The notes beneath the pieces are model-generated. The model had not been told where the DNA came from. It made no database searches and was given only the letters and a program-made list of their open reading frames with translations. Below, in pieces: positions 41,055-50,874 of a DNA stretch of 64,000 nt (position 1 is the first letter of the stretch; each line of letters begins with the position of its first letter). A program made the translations under genes and the position numbers. The stretch lies in the NCBI GenBank assembly GCA_963662405.2, contig CAXXKT010000001.1, positions 384,001 through 448,000 on the forward strand, in the 5' to 3' direction. This stretch comes from Syntrophales bacterium (GTDB lineage: Bacteria; Desulfobacterota; Syntrophia; Syntrophales; UBA2210).

Positions 41055-42947
41055 ATGTTCGTCAAGTCCGATATCAGGAGGGTCTCCATCGCCCTCGAAC
41101 GGCGGTTCTACCACGAGGTCTACCGTGCTCTCGGCGAAGCGGGGATCATTCACCTGGCCCCCCCGCGGGACCGGGACGCCGTGATGGACGCGCCCCTGCG
41201 TGAGGAAGAGACACGGGTAAAAGAGATCCTCGCGGGGATCGAACATGCCTTGCAGACCCTTCATATCGAGCCGGGGGCGACCGCCGGGCACGCGATCGAT
41301 ACCGCTCGTGACGGGGCCTTCGCCTCGAAGGTGCAGCGGGAGCTTGAGCGCGTGGAACGGGTGCGTTCGCGGATTCATGAAACATTGGAAACGGCGGACC
41401 GGCGCGTGGAGTACCGCGCGGCCCTGGACCGGATGGGGATCGACCCGCCGGCCCTGCACGGGGCACGGCTGGTCCGGACGGTCTTCGGGACCGTGGCGGA
41501 GACCGAGTGGGAGCCGCCGACCGGCGAGCGATTCGTCGTTGCAAAGGCCAATAGCTACGTCTGCGGCGCCGCCCTTCCGGCAGATTTCCCCGCCATGCTT
41601 CAGTTTCTGAGGGGATACGGCTTTACGGACCATTCCAACGAGATCACCGGTATGTCCGTCACGGAACTGGAGTTTCGCGCGGAGACCCTGAAGGGGCGGC
41701 TCGCCACCCTCGATCGGTATCTGGTCAATCTGCGCAAGACGGTGGGGCCGACCCTGGCGGAGCTGTATGCCCCCTACCGGGAATACGGGGAGGTCTTCGC
41801 AGCGATGAAGCTCTCCCTCTTCTCCGCGAAGGCCCTTTTCATCGCGGGGTGGATGGACGCGAAGGACCGGGAGTGGCTCTTCGAGATCCTCCGGGGGATC
41901 TGCGGCGACCGCTTCATCGCCGTCGTCTCCGATCGGCGGGACCCCGATGCCCCGGTGCGCCTCATGAACAGCCGGCTCCTCAGGCCCTTCGAGCTCCTCG
42001 TGAAGACGATGGGGATGCCGGCGAACAGCGAGATCGACCCCACGCCCCTGACGGCCGTTACCTTCGTCGTCATGTTCGGCCTGATGTTCGGCGACCTCGG
42101 CCAGGGGATCGTCATCGCCCTCGGCGGCCTCCTCCTCCGGCGGATGGCGAAGATGCGAGGAGACCCGGAATCGACCATCGGCCAGGCCGGGGGGATCTTG
42201 GTCGCCTGCGGCCTCTCCGCCGCCGTCTGCGGCATCCTCTACGGCAGCGTCTTCTCGAACGAGCACCTCATCCCCGCGCTCCTCTTCCATCCCATCGAAA
42301 ATATCATGCCCCTCTTCGCCGTCACGATCCTTCTCGGGGTCCTCTTCATCAGCCTGGGACTCGGCGTCAACGTCCTCAACAACCTGATGAACGGGAACTA
42401 TACCGAGGCACTCCTCGAGAAGCGGGGGCTCGCCGTCTTCATCCTCTACGGCGCCGTCGTGATCCTTGCCGTGCGCTGCACCCTCACCGGGCAGGGACCC
42501 TCGCCGTGGGCGGTCGGCGCCTTCGTCCTCTTCCCCCTCGCGGTCTTCTCGCTCCGGGGCGTCCTCGGCCCGCTCCTTTTCAAGAGTCAAAAACCGCACA
42601 GCGCGGTCGAATACATCATCGAGACCTGCGTGGAGATCCTGGAGATCGGCCTGAGCATGCTGGCCAACACCGTCTCCTTCATCAGGGTCGGTGCCTTCGC
42701 CCTCTCCCACGCGGGTCTGAGCATCGTGACGTACACCCTCGCCGGGATCGTCGATCCGGCGATGCGCTCCGTGGGTGCCATCATTGTCATCATCGTGGGG
42801 AATGTCTTCATTATCGGCTTCGAATGCCTCATCTGTCTGATCCAGTCGATGCGGCTCGAGTACTACGAGTTCTTCAGCAAGTTTTTCAGGGGGGACGGGG
42901 TGGGCTTTGTCCCCTTCAGACTCAAGGCAACAAACCCGGAGGTGTAG
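41055..42947 (+). CDS. atpI: V/A-type ATPase subunit I (operon 2)
   Basis: EIDPTP, MFGDLGQG, NTVSFIRVGAFALSH, RLEYYEFFSKF. Confidence 0.94.
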   Translation: MFVKSDIRRVSIALERRFYHEVYRALGEAGIIHLAPPRDRDAVMDAPLREEETRVKEILAGIEHALQTLHIEPGATAGHAIDTARDGAFASKVQRELERVERVRSRIHETLETADRRVEYRAALDRMGIDPPALHGARLVRTVFGTVAETEWEPPTGERFVVAKANSYVCGAALPADFPAMLQFLRGYGFTDHSNEITGMSVTELEFRAETLKGRLATLDRYLVNLRKTVGPTLAELYAPYREYGEVFAAMKLSLFSAKALFIAGWMDAKDREWLFEILRGICGDRFIAVVSDRRDPDAPVRLMNSRLLRPFELLVKTMGMPANSEIDPTPLTAVTFVVMFGLMFGDLGQGIVIALGGLLLRRMAKMRGDPESTIGQAGGILVACGLSAAVCGILYGSVFSNEHLIPALLFHPIENIMPLFAVTILLGVLFISLGLGVNVLNNLMNGNYTEALLEKRGLAVFILYGAVVILAVRCTLTGQGPSPWAVGAFVLFPLAVFSLRGVLGPLLFKSQKPHSAVEYIIETCVEILEIGLSMLANTVSFIRVGAFALSHAGLSIVTYTLAGIVDPAMRSVGAIIVIIVGNVFIIGFECLICLIQSMRLEYYEFFSKFFRGDGVGFVPFRLKATNPEV

Positions 42948-42948
42948 G

Positions 42949-43287
42949 ATGACCAGGAACAAAAAGGCTGTCATTTTTCTGTTGACGTGTCTCATCGTCG
43001 CCCCCTTTGTCATATTCCCCGCCGTGATGCTGGCGGCCGGCGATGAAGCGGCCGAGGCCGCCCTGGACGGGGGATGGGTAGGGATGGCGTACCTGTCCGC
43101 CGCCCTGGCCGTGGGGCTGGCCTGCATCGCGAGCGCCTTCGCCGTCGCCCGGATCGGTTCGGCGGGGATCGGCGCGATGAGCGAGAAGGAGGAGCTGACG
43201 GGGCGGATACTGATCTTCCTCGGTCTTGCCGAAGGGATCGCTATCTACGGCCTGATCATCGCGATCATGATCCTGAACAAGCTGTAG
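42949..43287 (+). CDS. atpK: V/A-type ATPase subunit K, single hairpin with hydrophobic leader
   Basis: GLAEGIAIYGLIIA. Confidence 0.92.
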   Translation: MTRNKKAVIFLLTCLIVAPFVIFPAVMLAAGDEAAEAALDGGWVGMAYLSAALAVGLACIASAFAVARIGSAGIGAMSEKEELTGRILIFLGLAEGIAIYGLIIAIMILNKL

Positions 43288-43288
43288 C

Positions 43289-43597
43289 ATGAAGATATTT
43301 ATTATCGGTGACATCGATACGGTAAGCGCCTTCCGCCTCTCGGGGGTGGAAGGGGTGATCGCCGACAGGGAGAACGTCCCGGAACGCCTCGAAGAGGTGC
43401 TCCGGGGGGGAACGGCGGGGATCGTGATGGTGACGAGCGAACTCGCCGGGGACCTCCAGGAGCGGATCACGCAGATCAACCTCGCCCCGGAGGGGCCCGT
43501 CGTGATCGAGATCCCGGGTATCGACGAGCCTGAGGGATTCCGCCGGTCCGTCGTGGGGTACATCGCCGAGGCCCTCGGCATCTCCCTCGAATCGTAG
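43289..43597 (+). CDS. atpF: V/A-type ATPase subunit F (operon 2)
   Basis: IIGDIDTVSAFRLSGVEG, PVVIEIP. Confidence 0.92.
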   Translation: MKIFIIGDIDTVSAFRLSGVEGVIADRENVPERLEEVLRGGTAGIVMVTSELAGDLQERITQINLAPEGPVVIEIPGIDEPEGFRRSVVGYIAEALGISLES

Positions 43598-43610
43598 GAA
43601 AGGGGTCGCC

Positions 43611-44213
43611 ATGAAAGAGCCGCCGCTGGAAGAGTCGATCAGGAAGGAGGCCGAGGAGACCGTGCGCGCCGTCAGGGAACGGGAGGCCGCTGAGATCCGG
43701 GAAATGGACGAGTCCTGCGCCGCCGAGATTGAGGAATTTAAAAAGAAGACAGAGTCAGAGACCCGGGCGCGGATCGAGCAGGAACGATCCCGGCTTGAAA
43801 ACAAAGGCCTCCTGGAACGGAAAAAACTGAAACTGCGCGGCCTCGAAGCATTCATCGGCCGTATGGTGGAGGAGGCGGTGGGGACCATGCGGGACGACCC
43901 ACGGTATAAGGAATTCTTCCTGGACCGGGTGCGCGAGGCCGCCCATGAAATACAGGCCGGCATCGAGGTTTCCCTGCATACGGCAGACCTCCCCCTCGAA
44001 AAGGAGATCATGGCGGCCGCGGGGAAGACGGGGCGAAACCCCGACGTCGCGGTGCGCGCGGACCCGGCGATCCGGTGGGGAGGGTGCGCCATCAGCGACG
44101 GGGCAACGGGGCGCATCTTCAACAGCACCATTGAGCGGATCTACTACCGGCAATCGGCGACGATCCGCCGGGAGATCACGAAGATCCTGAACGAGAAGGG
44201 CTTCTCCTTCTAG
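43611..44213 (+). CDS. atpE: V/A-type ATPase subunit E (operon 2)
   Basis: Coiled coil; WGGCAISDG..GRIFNSTIE. Confidence 0.85.
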   Translation: MKEPPLEESIRKEAEETVRAVREREAAEIREMDESCAAEIEEFKKKTESETRARIEQERSRLENKGLLERKKLKLRGLEAFIGRMVEEAVGTMRDDPRYKEFFLDRVREAAHEIQAGIEVSLHTADLPLEKEIMAAAGKTGRNPDVAVRADPAIRWGGCAISDGATGRIFNSTIERIYYRQSATIRREITKILNEKGFSF

Positions 44214-44230
44214 CTGACGGAGGCAGGGAC

Positions 44231-46003
44231 GTGGAAGAGATGCTGACAGGACGGGTGATATCGGTAAACGGCCCGATCGTCAAGGCGGCGGGCCTCAGGG
44301 GAATACGGATGTTCGACATCGCCGAGGTGGGGGCCGACCGGTTGATCGGCGAGGTGATCCGTCTGATCGGGGACATCACCGTCATCCAGGTGTACGAGGA
44401 CAACACGGGGCTGATGCCGGGAGACGAGGTGACTTCTTCCTGCCGCCCCCTGTCGGTCCTCCTGGGACCGGGTCTCATCGCGAACATCTACGACGGGATC
44501 CAGCGCCCCCTCGTCGGGATCTCCGAGGTCTGCGGCGCCTATATCCGCAAGGGGATCAAGCTCTCTCCCCTCGACACGAAGAAGAAATGGGAATTCAACC
44601 CTCTGATAAAGGCGGGGACCGCGGTGCGGGAGGGGGACATCCTTGGAGAAATCCCGGAGTCTCCACTCGTTACGCACCGGGTTCTCGTCCCCCCCGGCGT
44701 ATCCGGCACGCTGGCCGCAATCGTCGGGTCGGGGGAGTATACGATCGAGGATGAGCTCTACACCGTCGAGAACGGCGCCGCCCCCTACCAGGGAAAACTG
44801 GCCGCCTACTGGCCGGTCCGCAAACCGCGGCCGAGCCGGGGGAACAAGAAGCCCTTCATCCCCCTGATGACGGGGCAGCGGATCATCGACACCTTCTTCC
44901 CCATCGCCCGCGGAGGGACGGCAACCATCCCCGGCGGGTTCGGGACGGGAAAGACCATGACCCAGCACGCCCTGGCGAAGTGGTGCAACGCCGACATCAT
45001 CGTCTATATCGGGTGCGGGGAGCGGGGCAACGAGATGACCGACGTCCTGACAGACTTCCCGAAGCTGATCGACGAGCGCAACGGACGCCCCCTGATCGAG
45101 CGGACCGTGATGATCGCCAATACCTCGAACATGCCCGTCCCCGCCCGCGAGGTGAGCATCTACACCGGGGTGACCATCGCGGAGTACTACCGCGACATGG
45201 GGTACAGCGTGGCGGTGATGGCCGACTCCACCTCCCGGTGGGCGGAGGCCCTGCGGGAGCTCGCCAGCCGGCTCGGTGACATGCCGGCCGAGGAGGGTTT
45301 CCCTCCTTACCTGGCAACCCGCCTCGCCGAGTTCTACGAACGGGCGGGCCTCGTGGAGACCCTCTCCGGAACCGACGGCGATATCAGCATCATCGGCGCG
45401 GTATCCCCCCCCGGGGGGGACTTCTCGGAGCCCGTCACCCAGCACACCTCGCGCTTCGTGCGGTGCTTCTGGGCCCTGGACAAGATCCTCGCCGATGCCC
45501 GCCACTACCCCTCCATCAGCTGGATCGACAGCTACACCGAGTACCTCCACGACATCGAGGGGTGGTGGAAGGACCTGGACCCCGAGTGGCTCACGATCCG
45601 GGGGGAGGCGATGGGGATCCTCCTCGAAGACAACCGCCTCCAGCAGGTGGTAAAACTCGTCGGGAGCGACGCCATGCCCCCGGCCCAGCAGTTCATCCTC
45701 TTCGTGGCGGAGATGATCAAGAACGCCTTCCTCCAGCAGAACTCCTTCGACCCCGTCGACAAGTACTGCCCCCCGGAGAAACAGCTCAAGCTCCTCAAGG
45801 CGATCCTGGATCTGAACAAAAGAGGAGAGGAACTGGTGAAGGGCGGGATGAGCGTCAAGGAGATCGCCGCCCTCGATGTGGTGTCGGAGATGGTGCGGCT
45901 CAAGTCCGAGGTCCCCAACAAGGAGCTGGGCAGGATCGACGACTACCGGGAGCGGCTCGCCGCGGGGCTCGATTCGCTCAAAGAGAAAACGGGAGAGGTG
46001 TAG
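44231..46003 (+). CDS. atpA: V/A-type ATPase subunit A (operon 2)
   Basis: [25 protein letters not shown]. Confidence 0.97.
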   Translation: MEEMLTGRVISVNGPIVKAAGLRGIRMFDIAEVGADRLIGEVIRLIGDITVIQVYEDNTGLMPGDEVTSSCRPLSVLLGPGLIANIYDGIQRPLVGISEVCGAYIRKGIKLSPLDTKKKWEFNPLIKAGTAVREGDILGEIPESPLVTHRVLVPPGVSGTLAAIVGSGEYTIEDELYTVENGAAPYQGKLAAYWPVRKPRPSRGNKKPFIPLMTGQRIIDTFFPIARGGTATIPGGFGTGKTMTQHALAKWCNADIIVYIGCGERGNEMTDVLTDFPKLIDERNGRPLIERTVMIANTSNMPVPAREVSIYTGVTIAEYYRDMGYSVAVMADSTSRWAEALRELASRLGDMPAEEGFPPYLATRLAEFYERAGLVETLSGTDGDISIIGAVSPPGGDFSEPVTQHTSRFVRCFWALDKILADARHYPSISWIDSYTEYLHDIEGWWKDLDPEWLTIRGEAMGILLEDNRLQQVVKLVGSDAMPPAQQFILFVAEMIKNAFLQQNSFDPVDKYCPPEKQLKLLKAILDLNKRGEELVKGGMSVKEIAALDVVSEMVRLKSEVPNKELGRIDDYRERLAAGLDSLKEKTGEV

Positions 46004-46006
46004 CCT

Positions 46007-47401
46007 ATGGCCGCTGAGATCGAATACACGAACCTGTCCGGGATCTCCGGCCCCCTGATCTTCGTCGAGGGGGTCAAGGGCGTCGGGTACGGCGAGATCG
46101 TGGAGATTCGGGACGAATCGTCCGAGGTGCGGATCGGCCAGACCCTCGAGGTGGACGAGGACCGCGCCATCGTCCAGGTCTTCGAGGGGACGAGCGGGCT
46201 CTCCGTCAAGGGGGCGCGGGTCACCTTCGTGGGGAGATCGCTCGAGATCCCCGTCCACCGCGACATGCTCGGCCGGGTCTTCGACGGGCTGGGGCGCCCC
46301 ACCGACGGCGCCCCCCCGGTGATCACCGACAACATGATGAACGTCAACGGCCTCCCCGTCAACCCCTGGAGCCGGGAGTACCCGCGCGACTTCATCCAGA
46401 CGGGGATCTCGGCCATCGACGGGATGAACACCCTGATCCGGGGGCAGAAGCTCCCCATCTTCTCCGGGAGCGGGATGCCCCACAACCTGATCGCCGCCCA
46501 GATCGCGCGGCAGGCCCGGATCCTCTCCTCGGAGGAGGAGTTTACCGTAATCTTCGCCGCCATGGGGGTCAAGTTCGACATGGCGCGCTTCTTCATCGAC
46601 TCCCTTGAGGAATCGGGGGTCCTCACGCATTCGGCCATATTCCTCTCCCTCGCCGACGCCCCCTCGATCGAACGCCTCATCACCCCCCGCGTCGCCCTGA
46701 CGCTGGCCGAGCACCTCGCCTTCGAGGAGGGGATGCACGTCCTCGTCATCATGACCGACATGACGAACTACTGCGAGTCCCTCCGCGAGCTGTCCAGCTC
46801 GCGGGGCGAGATCCCCTCCCGGAAGGGTTACCCCGGCTACCTCTACAGCGACCTCGCCGCGATCTACGAGCGCGCCGGGCGGCTCAAAGGAATGAACGGC
46901 TCGATCACGCAGGTCCCGATCCTCACCATGCCGAGCGACGACATCTCCCACCCCGTCCCCGACCTGACGGGGTACATCACCGAGGGGCAAATCGTCCTGG
47001 AGCGCGAACTTTTCAACAAGGGGATCTATCCCCCCATCGCCGGGCTCCCCTCCCTGTCGCGCCTGATGAAGGACGGGATCGGCGAGGGGCGGACGCGCAA
47101 GGACCACGCCCAGAACGCCGCCCAACTCTTCGCCTCCTACGCGAAGGTCAAACGGATCAGGGCCCTGGCGGCCATCGTTGGCGAGGAGGAGCTCTCCGAA
47201 CTGGACAAGATCTACCTGAAATTCGGGACCGCCTTCGAGGAGCGCTTCCTCCGGCAGGGGCCCGACGAGAACCGCTCGATCATCGAGACCCTCGACCTGG
47301 GGTGGCAGATGCTCTCCCTCCTCCCGAAGGACGAGCTGTACCGGGTCTCCATGGAGGAGATCCAGCGCTACTACATACCGCAGCAGGAGGCCAGTGGATA
47401 A
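46007..47401 (+). CDS. atpB: V/A-type ATPase subunit B (operon 2)
   Basis: [25 protein letters not shown]. Confidence 0.96.
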   Translation: MAAEIEYTNLSGISGPLIFVEGVKGVGYGEIVEIRDESSEVRIGQTLEVDEDRAIVQVFEGTSGLSVKGARVTFVGRSLEIPVHRDMLGRVFDGLGRPTDGAPPVITDNMMNVNGLPVNPWSREYPRDFIQTGISAIDGMNTLIRGQKLPIFSGSGMPHNLIAAQIARQARILSSEEEFTVIFAAMGVKFDMARFFIDSLEESGVLTHSAIFLSLADAPSIERLITPRVALTLAEHLAFEEGMHVLVIMTDMTNYCESLRELSSSRGEIPSRKGYPGYLYSDLAAIYERAGRLKGMNGSITQVPILTMPSDDISHPVPDLTGYITEGQIVLERELFNKGIYPPIAGLPSLSRLMKDGIGEGRTRKDHAQNAAQLFASYAKVKRIRALAAIVGEEELSELDKIYLKFGTAFEERFLRQGPDENRSIIETLDLGWQMLSLLPKDELYRVSMEEIQRYYIPQQEASG

Positions 47402-48024
47402 TGCCGGCGATCGATATCCCCCCCACCAAATCGTCCCTGCGCAGGCTCAAGGAGGACCTCGCCTTCGCCTACGAGGGGTACGACCTCCTCAACCAGAAGC
47501 GCGAGATCCTCGCCATCGAGATCATGCGACACATCGGCGAGATCCGGAAGATGGAGGCCGCCCTCGCGGGGGTCCTCGGCGAACTGTACGCGGCCTACCG
47601 TAAGGCGGCCGTCGAAATGGGATCGGACACGATCACCCGGAAGAGCTGTTCAGAGAAACGGTCCTATTTCTTCCACATGGAATTCACGAAACTGATGGGG
47701 CTCCGGCTCCCGGTGATCAGACTCTCCCCCAAGCGCCCCCGGATCACCGCCACCCTGCCGGGGACGACCGTCGCCTACGATGAGGCGAAGGAAAAATCGC
47801 GCGCGGCCCTCGAGGCCCTCGCCGAGTACGCCACCATCACCAAGGCGATCATGATGCTCTCACGGGAACTGAAGAAGGTCCAGCGGCGGGTCAACGCCCT
47901 CGAGAAGATCTTCATCCCCCAGCACGAAGAGGCGAAGAAGTACATCTCCGACCGGATCGAGGAGATGGAACGGGAAGAGATCTTCGTCAAGAAGCTGATC
48001 AGGCAGCGGGTGGAGGGGGAGTGA
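47401..48024 (+). CDS. atpD: V/A-type ATPase subunit D (operon 2)
   Basis: PTKSSL, GYDLLNQKR, QRRVNALEKIFIP. Confidence 0.93.
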   Translation: MPAIDIPPTKSSLRRLKEDLAFAYEGYDLLNQKREILAIEIMRHIGEIRKMEAALAGVLGELYAAYRKAAVEMGSDTITRKSCSEKRSYFFHMEFTKLMGLRLPVIRLSPKRPRITATLPGTTVAYDEAKEKSRAALEALAEYATITKAIMMLSRELKKVQRRVNALEKIFIPQHEEAKKYISDRIEEMEREEIFVKKLIRQRVEGE

Positions 48025-48082
48025 AGGATTATATGCTATCAGGAGATAAAGACTCTTTCATATCAAAAATTTTAGAGCTTCG

Positions 48083-48490
48083 CTAAGTTTGGACAACAAA
48101 GTCCCCAACCTGTACCTCTTCAAGCTTAAGCAAGAAAGTATTTCCTGGAGTGATCGTTTCTGTAACCGTCTCTGGCTGAACAAAGGTACTAAACAAATCC
48201 AATCCTTTTCGAGTTCGCTCCTTTACTATTTCTTTAGTGTCAGGGTGCTTCCCATAACCACATGATTTTAGGGTGCTGATCTTTTCTTGTACGTGTGTGG
48301 CTTCGGCTTTGCCTTTGACTATTTCAAGTTTTTCTAATTCCTCTTTTGTTTCTGGATCAACAATTGTTTCACCCAGACCGATAATAATAAACTTGTCGCC
48401 TTGATTTATGCCCCCGTTTCTTCCCTTATTAATAACAACGGTATAAGGATCAACTACCTTTAAAACCTTTGCAATATATTTGTCAGGCAT
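48083..48490 (-). CDS. Hypothetical beta-rich protein resembling the FlgT C-terminal domain
   Basis: VVINKGRNGGINQGDKF...IVDPETKEEL...VQEKIS; AT-rich. Confidence 0.6.
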   Translation of the reverse strand: MPDKYIAKVLKVVDPYTVVINKGRNGGINQGDKFIIIGLGETIVDPETKEELEKLEIVKGKAEATHVQEKISTLKSCGYGKHPDTKEIVKERTRKGLDLFSTFVQPETVTETITPGNTFLLKLEEVQVGDFVVQT

Positions 48491-49007
48491 TATTCTCCTC
48501 CTGTTGATCAAGTTCTGAAAGAATACTAAATGGTATGACTGGTCTGATTATAATATTGTTCAACTGGGACATAATGGAAGATATTGAAGCCTCGTCGATC
48601 AACTCCTTAATAATCTTTATTTGTATAAGTTTTTCTTGTACGTGATGTACAACGCCCACCAGAGCGACTCTTTCAACACCGTCTTCTACCATGTAACATC
48701 CAACAACAATGTTGTTAAGAAAATTTTCATTTTTCCTAATGATGAGTATTTTCTCTTTGTTAAGAAATTTAATGGGAGATTCTTGGCTGGGCACAAGCTT
48801 TCTCGATTGCCAAATATCAAAAATTACTTTCAGAAGGATAAAACAAGCAGAAAGCAATAATAACAATGTAAAAAGAAGCCATTTAATTGAAATTTGGGTA
48901 TTAATATCTATGAATAGTTGCGTAATTCCGGAAAGAAATCCAATAACACCCAAGGTGATTGAAAGACCTGATAAACTAAAAAAATGTTTCTTTATTTCTT
49001 CACGCAT
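48483..49007 (-). CDS. Hypothetical two-TM protein
   Basis: Two N-terminal TM helices plus a soluble beta domain; overlaps the next start; AT-rich. Confidence 0.7.
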   Translation of the reverse strand: MREEIKKHFFSLSGLSITLGVIGFLSGITQLFIDINTQISIKWLLFTLLLLLSACFILLKVIFDIWQSRKLVPSQESPIKFLNKEKILIIRKNENFLNNIVVGCYMVEDGVERVALVGVVHHVQEKLIQIKIIKELIDEASISSIMSQLNNIIIRPVIPFSILSELDQQEENNA

Positions 49008-49084
49008 GCTTACTTTAAACCCTAGCAAGTAGTCTAAACTAGAGGCGTTTCCCGTATTAATTTACAACACATTCCCTATCACAA

Positions 49085-49250
49085 CACACAAAAGCCCCAT
49101 CGCTCGGGTTCGAGTAACGGGGCTTTTCGCAATCAGACCATACGCGCTCCTTTGTGTTTGAGGTGCGGGCCGGACAGGTAAAGCTAACAAAAAACAAGTT
49201 CGTAATGAAATCGAAGGGAAGGATACCTCCCCGGGGGATTCCGGTCAAGG
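49085..49250 (-). promoter_or_regulatory. Micro-ORF/terminator leader element, copy A
   Basis: TTGACC(49248)-17-TATCCT; AAGGAG-5 nt-ATGGTCTGA (49141-49133); hairpin 49127-49090. Confidence 0.85.
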
Positions 49251-49306
49251 ATTTAATTACAGCCCGAGGCATCAAAAAAGGAACCATGGGCCTTTTTTCT
49301 CCTCAC

Positions 49307-50566
49307 CTATGGTGGCCCTCCGTACGTACATGGCGAAGCAGGATCGGGCGCCCGAACATGGCGATGATTACCAGGAGACCGAAGCGGGTCAGTTTGGATC
49401 AGGCGAATAATCAGGGCAACCGATGCGGAGGCGCTGGCCAGCGCGCCAAACCCTGTGAAGACCCGCGCACCCACCCGTTCCCGAAACGCGAGGCCGCATA
49501 CGACGGTAAAAGTGAACAGAAATGCGAGGCTGGCAGCTTCAACGAGGGTGGTGAGCGCCCCGAAAACGGAGAGGATCGCCGCCAGCGCGCCGAGTACTAT
49601 CACCGCCCGGTTCGGTATGCCTGCCTTGTTCTTGTGATCGAGGGCGGCCGGCAACTCACTGTCTTCCGCAACCTCATAGACGAGCCGCGCTGTTGCAAAG
49701 AGCGTCGAATTGATGGCCGATCCGGTAGAGAACGCCGCGGCAATCGTCACAATGACGAGGCCGGCGGTCCCGAGTGCCTGCCGGCCCGCGATGGCAAGAG
49801 CCACTTCCTGGTGCTGCATAACCTGGTCCGCCCCGATCAGCATCACCGTCCCCAGCGCGACCACGATGTACACACCGATCACGGCAATGATGGCCGACAG
49901 CACCGCGAGCGGGAGGGTTTTCCGCGGGTTATCGATATCATCATAATCGTAGGTCAGCAGCTGAAAACCCTCATAGGCCATAAACACGGAGGCCGCGCCG
50001 AATAACGCCGCGCCGATCCCCGTGTCCGGCACGTTCCGGGAGAGCATCGGCGGGTCCCACTGGGCAAGCCCCCACCCCGCCAGCCCCACAAGAACGACTA
50101 TCTTGAACCACACGAGAAAGACCTCGACACCGCCGGCTTCACCGACGCCGCGCAGATTCAAGCAAATGAACGCAATCAGGATGGCAACGGCGGCCGCGCG
50201 CGGGAACCACGGTCCCAGACCGGCAACATACCCGAGGTACTGCCCGAAGGTGGAGGCGTATACCGCGTTTGTCAGCACATACCCGACGATGAGCACCCAC
50301 GAAAGGCTGCCGGCGGCCCCCTCCGCGTTGATCTCGCGGAGAAACGTGAACGCGCCTCCCCCTTCGCCGTAGTAATCGGCCAGTTTTACGTAGCTGTATC
50401 CCGTGGCCAGGGCGATGAGGCCGGCAGCCAGGAAACTGAGCCATGTCAATGCGCCGGCGATTCCGACAACGACGCCGAGTGTGGAAAAGATGCCGCCGCC
50501 GATCATACCGCCGACGGCCATCGACCATGTGGCGTTGAAATTAAGCTTGGTTTGAGGCTGATTCAT
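49307..50566 (-). CDS. APC family amino-acid permease, frameshifted near the 3' end
   Basis: AVGGMIGGGIF, EGGGAF, FMAYEGF; last TM helix lies in another frame. Confidence 0.85.
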   Translation of the reverse strand: MNQPQTKLNFNATWSMAVGGMIGGGIFSTLGVVVGIAGALTWLSFLAAGLIALATGYSYVKLADYYGEGGGAFTFLREINAEGAAGSLSWVLIVGYVLTNAVYASTFGQYLGYVAGLGPWFPRAAAVAILIAFICLNLRGVGEAGGVEVFLVWFKIVVLVGLAGWGLAQWDPPMLSRNVPDTGIGAALFGAASVFMAYEGFQLLTYDYDDIDNPRKTLPLAVLSAIIAVIGVYIVVALGTVMLIGADQVMQHQEVALAIAGRQALGTAGLVIVTIAAAFSTGSAINSTLFATARLVYEVAEDSELPAALDHKNKAGIPNRAVIVLGALAAILSVFGALTTLVEAASLAFLFTFTVVCGLAFRERVGARVFTGFGALASASASVALIIRLIQTDPLRSPGNHRHVRAPDPASPCTYGGPP

Positions 50567-50644
50567 GGTAAATTAGGGACACTTCCCTATTTTTTACAAA
50601 TTTCTTTTTATCTGTTTTGGCCTCTCAGCCATCCCCGTCACAAA

Positions 50645-50806
50645 ACACAAAAGCCCCATCGCTCGGGTTCGAGTAATGGGGCTTTTCGCAGTCAGACCAT
50701 ACGCGCTCCCTTTTGTGTATGAGGTGCGGGCCGGATGGGTAAAACTAAAAAAGTTTGTAATGAAATCAAAAGAAAGGATACCTCCCCCCGAGGATTCCGG
50801 TCAAGG
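50645..50806 (-). promoter_or_regulatory. Micro-ORF/terminator leader element, copy B
   Basis: TTGACC-18-TATCCT; AGGGAG-ATGGTCTGA (50700-50692); hairpin 50686-50649. Confidence 0.85.
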
Positions 50807-50874
50807 ATTTTATCGCGGACCGGGGTGTCGGTTCCGGAGCGCAACGGGTTCCATCGAATCGTTCCGACAATCCT

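Noticed and set aside
40959..47125. 722-aa, 288-aa and 971-aa minus-strand ORFs
   Set aside because: Antisense shadows caused by high GC3 in ATPase operon 2
49085..49250. Leader element as a known riboswitch or hammerhead ribozyme
   Set aside because: No c-di-GMP, fluoride, SAM, TPP or complete hammerhead core recognisable by eye; a formal Rfam scan is still needed
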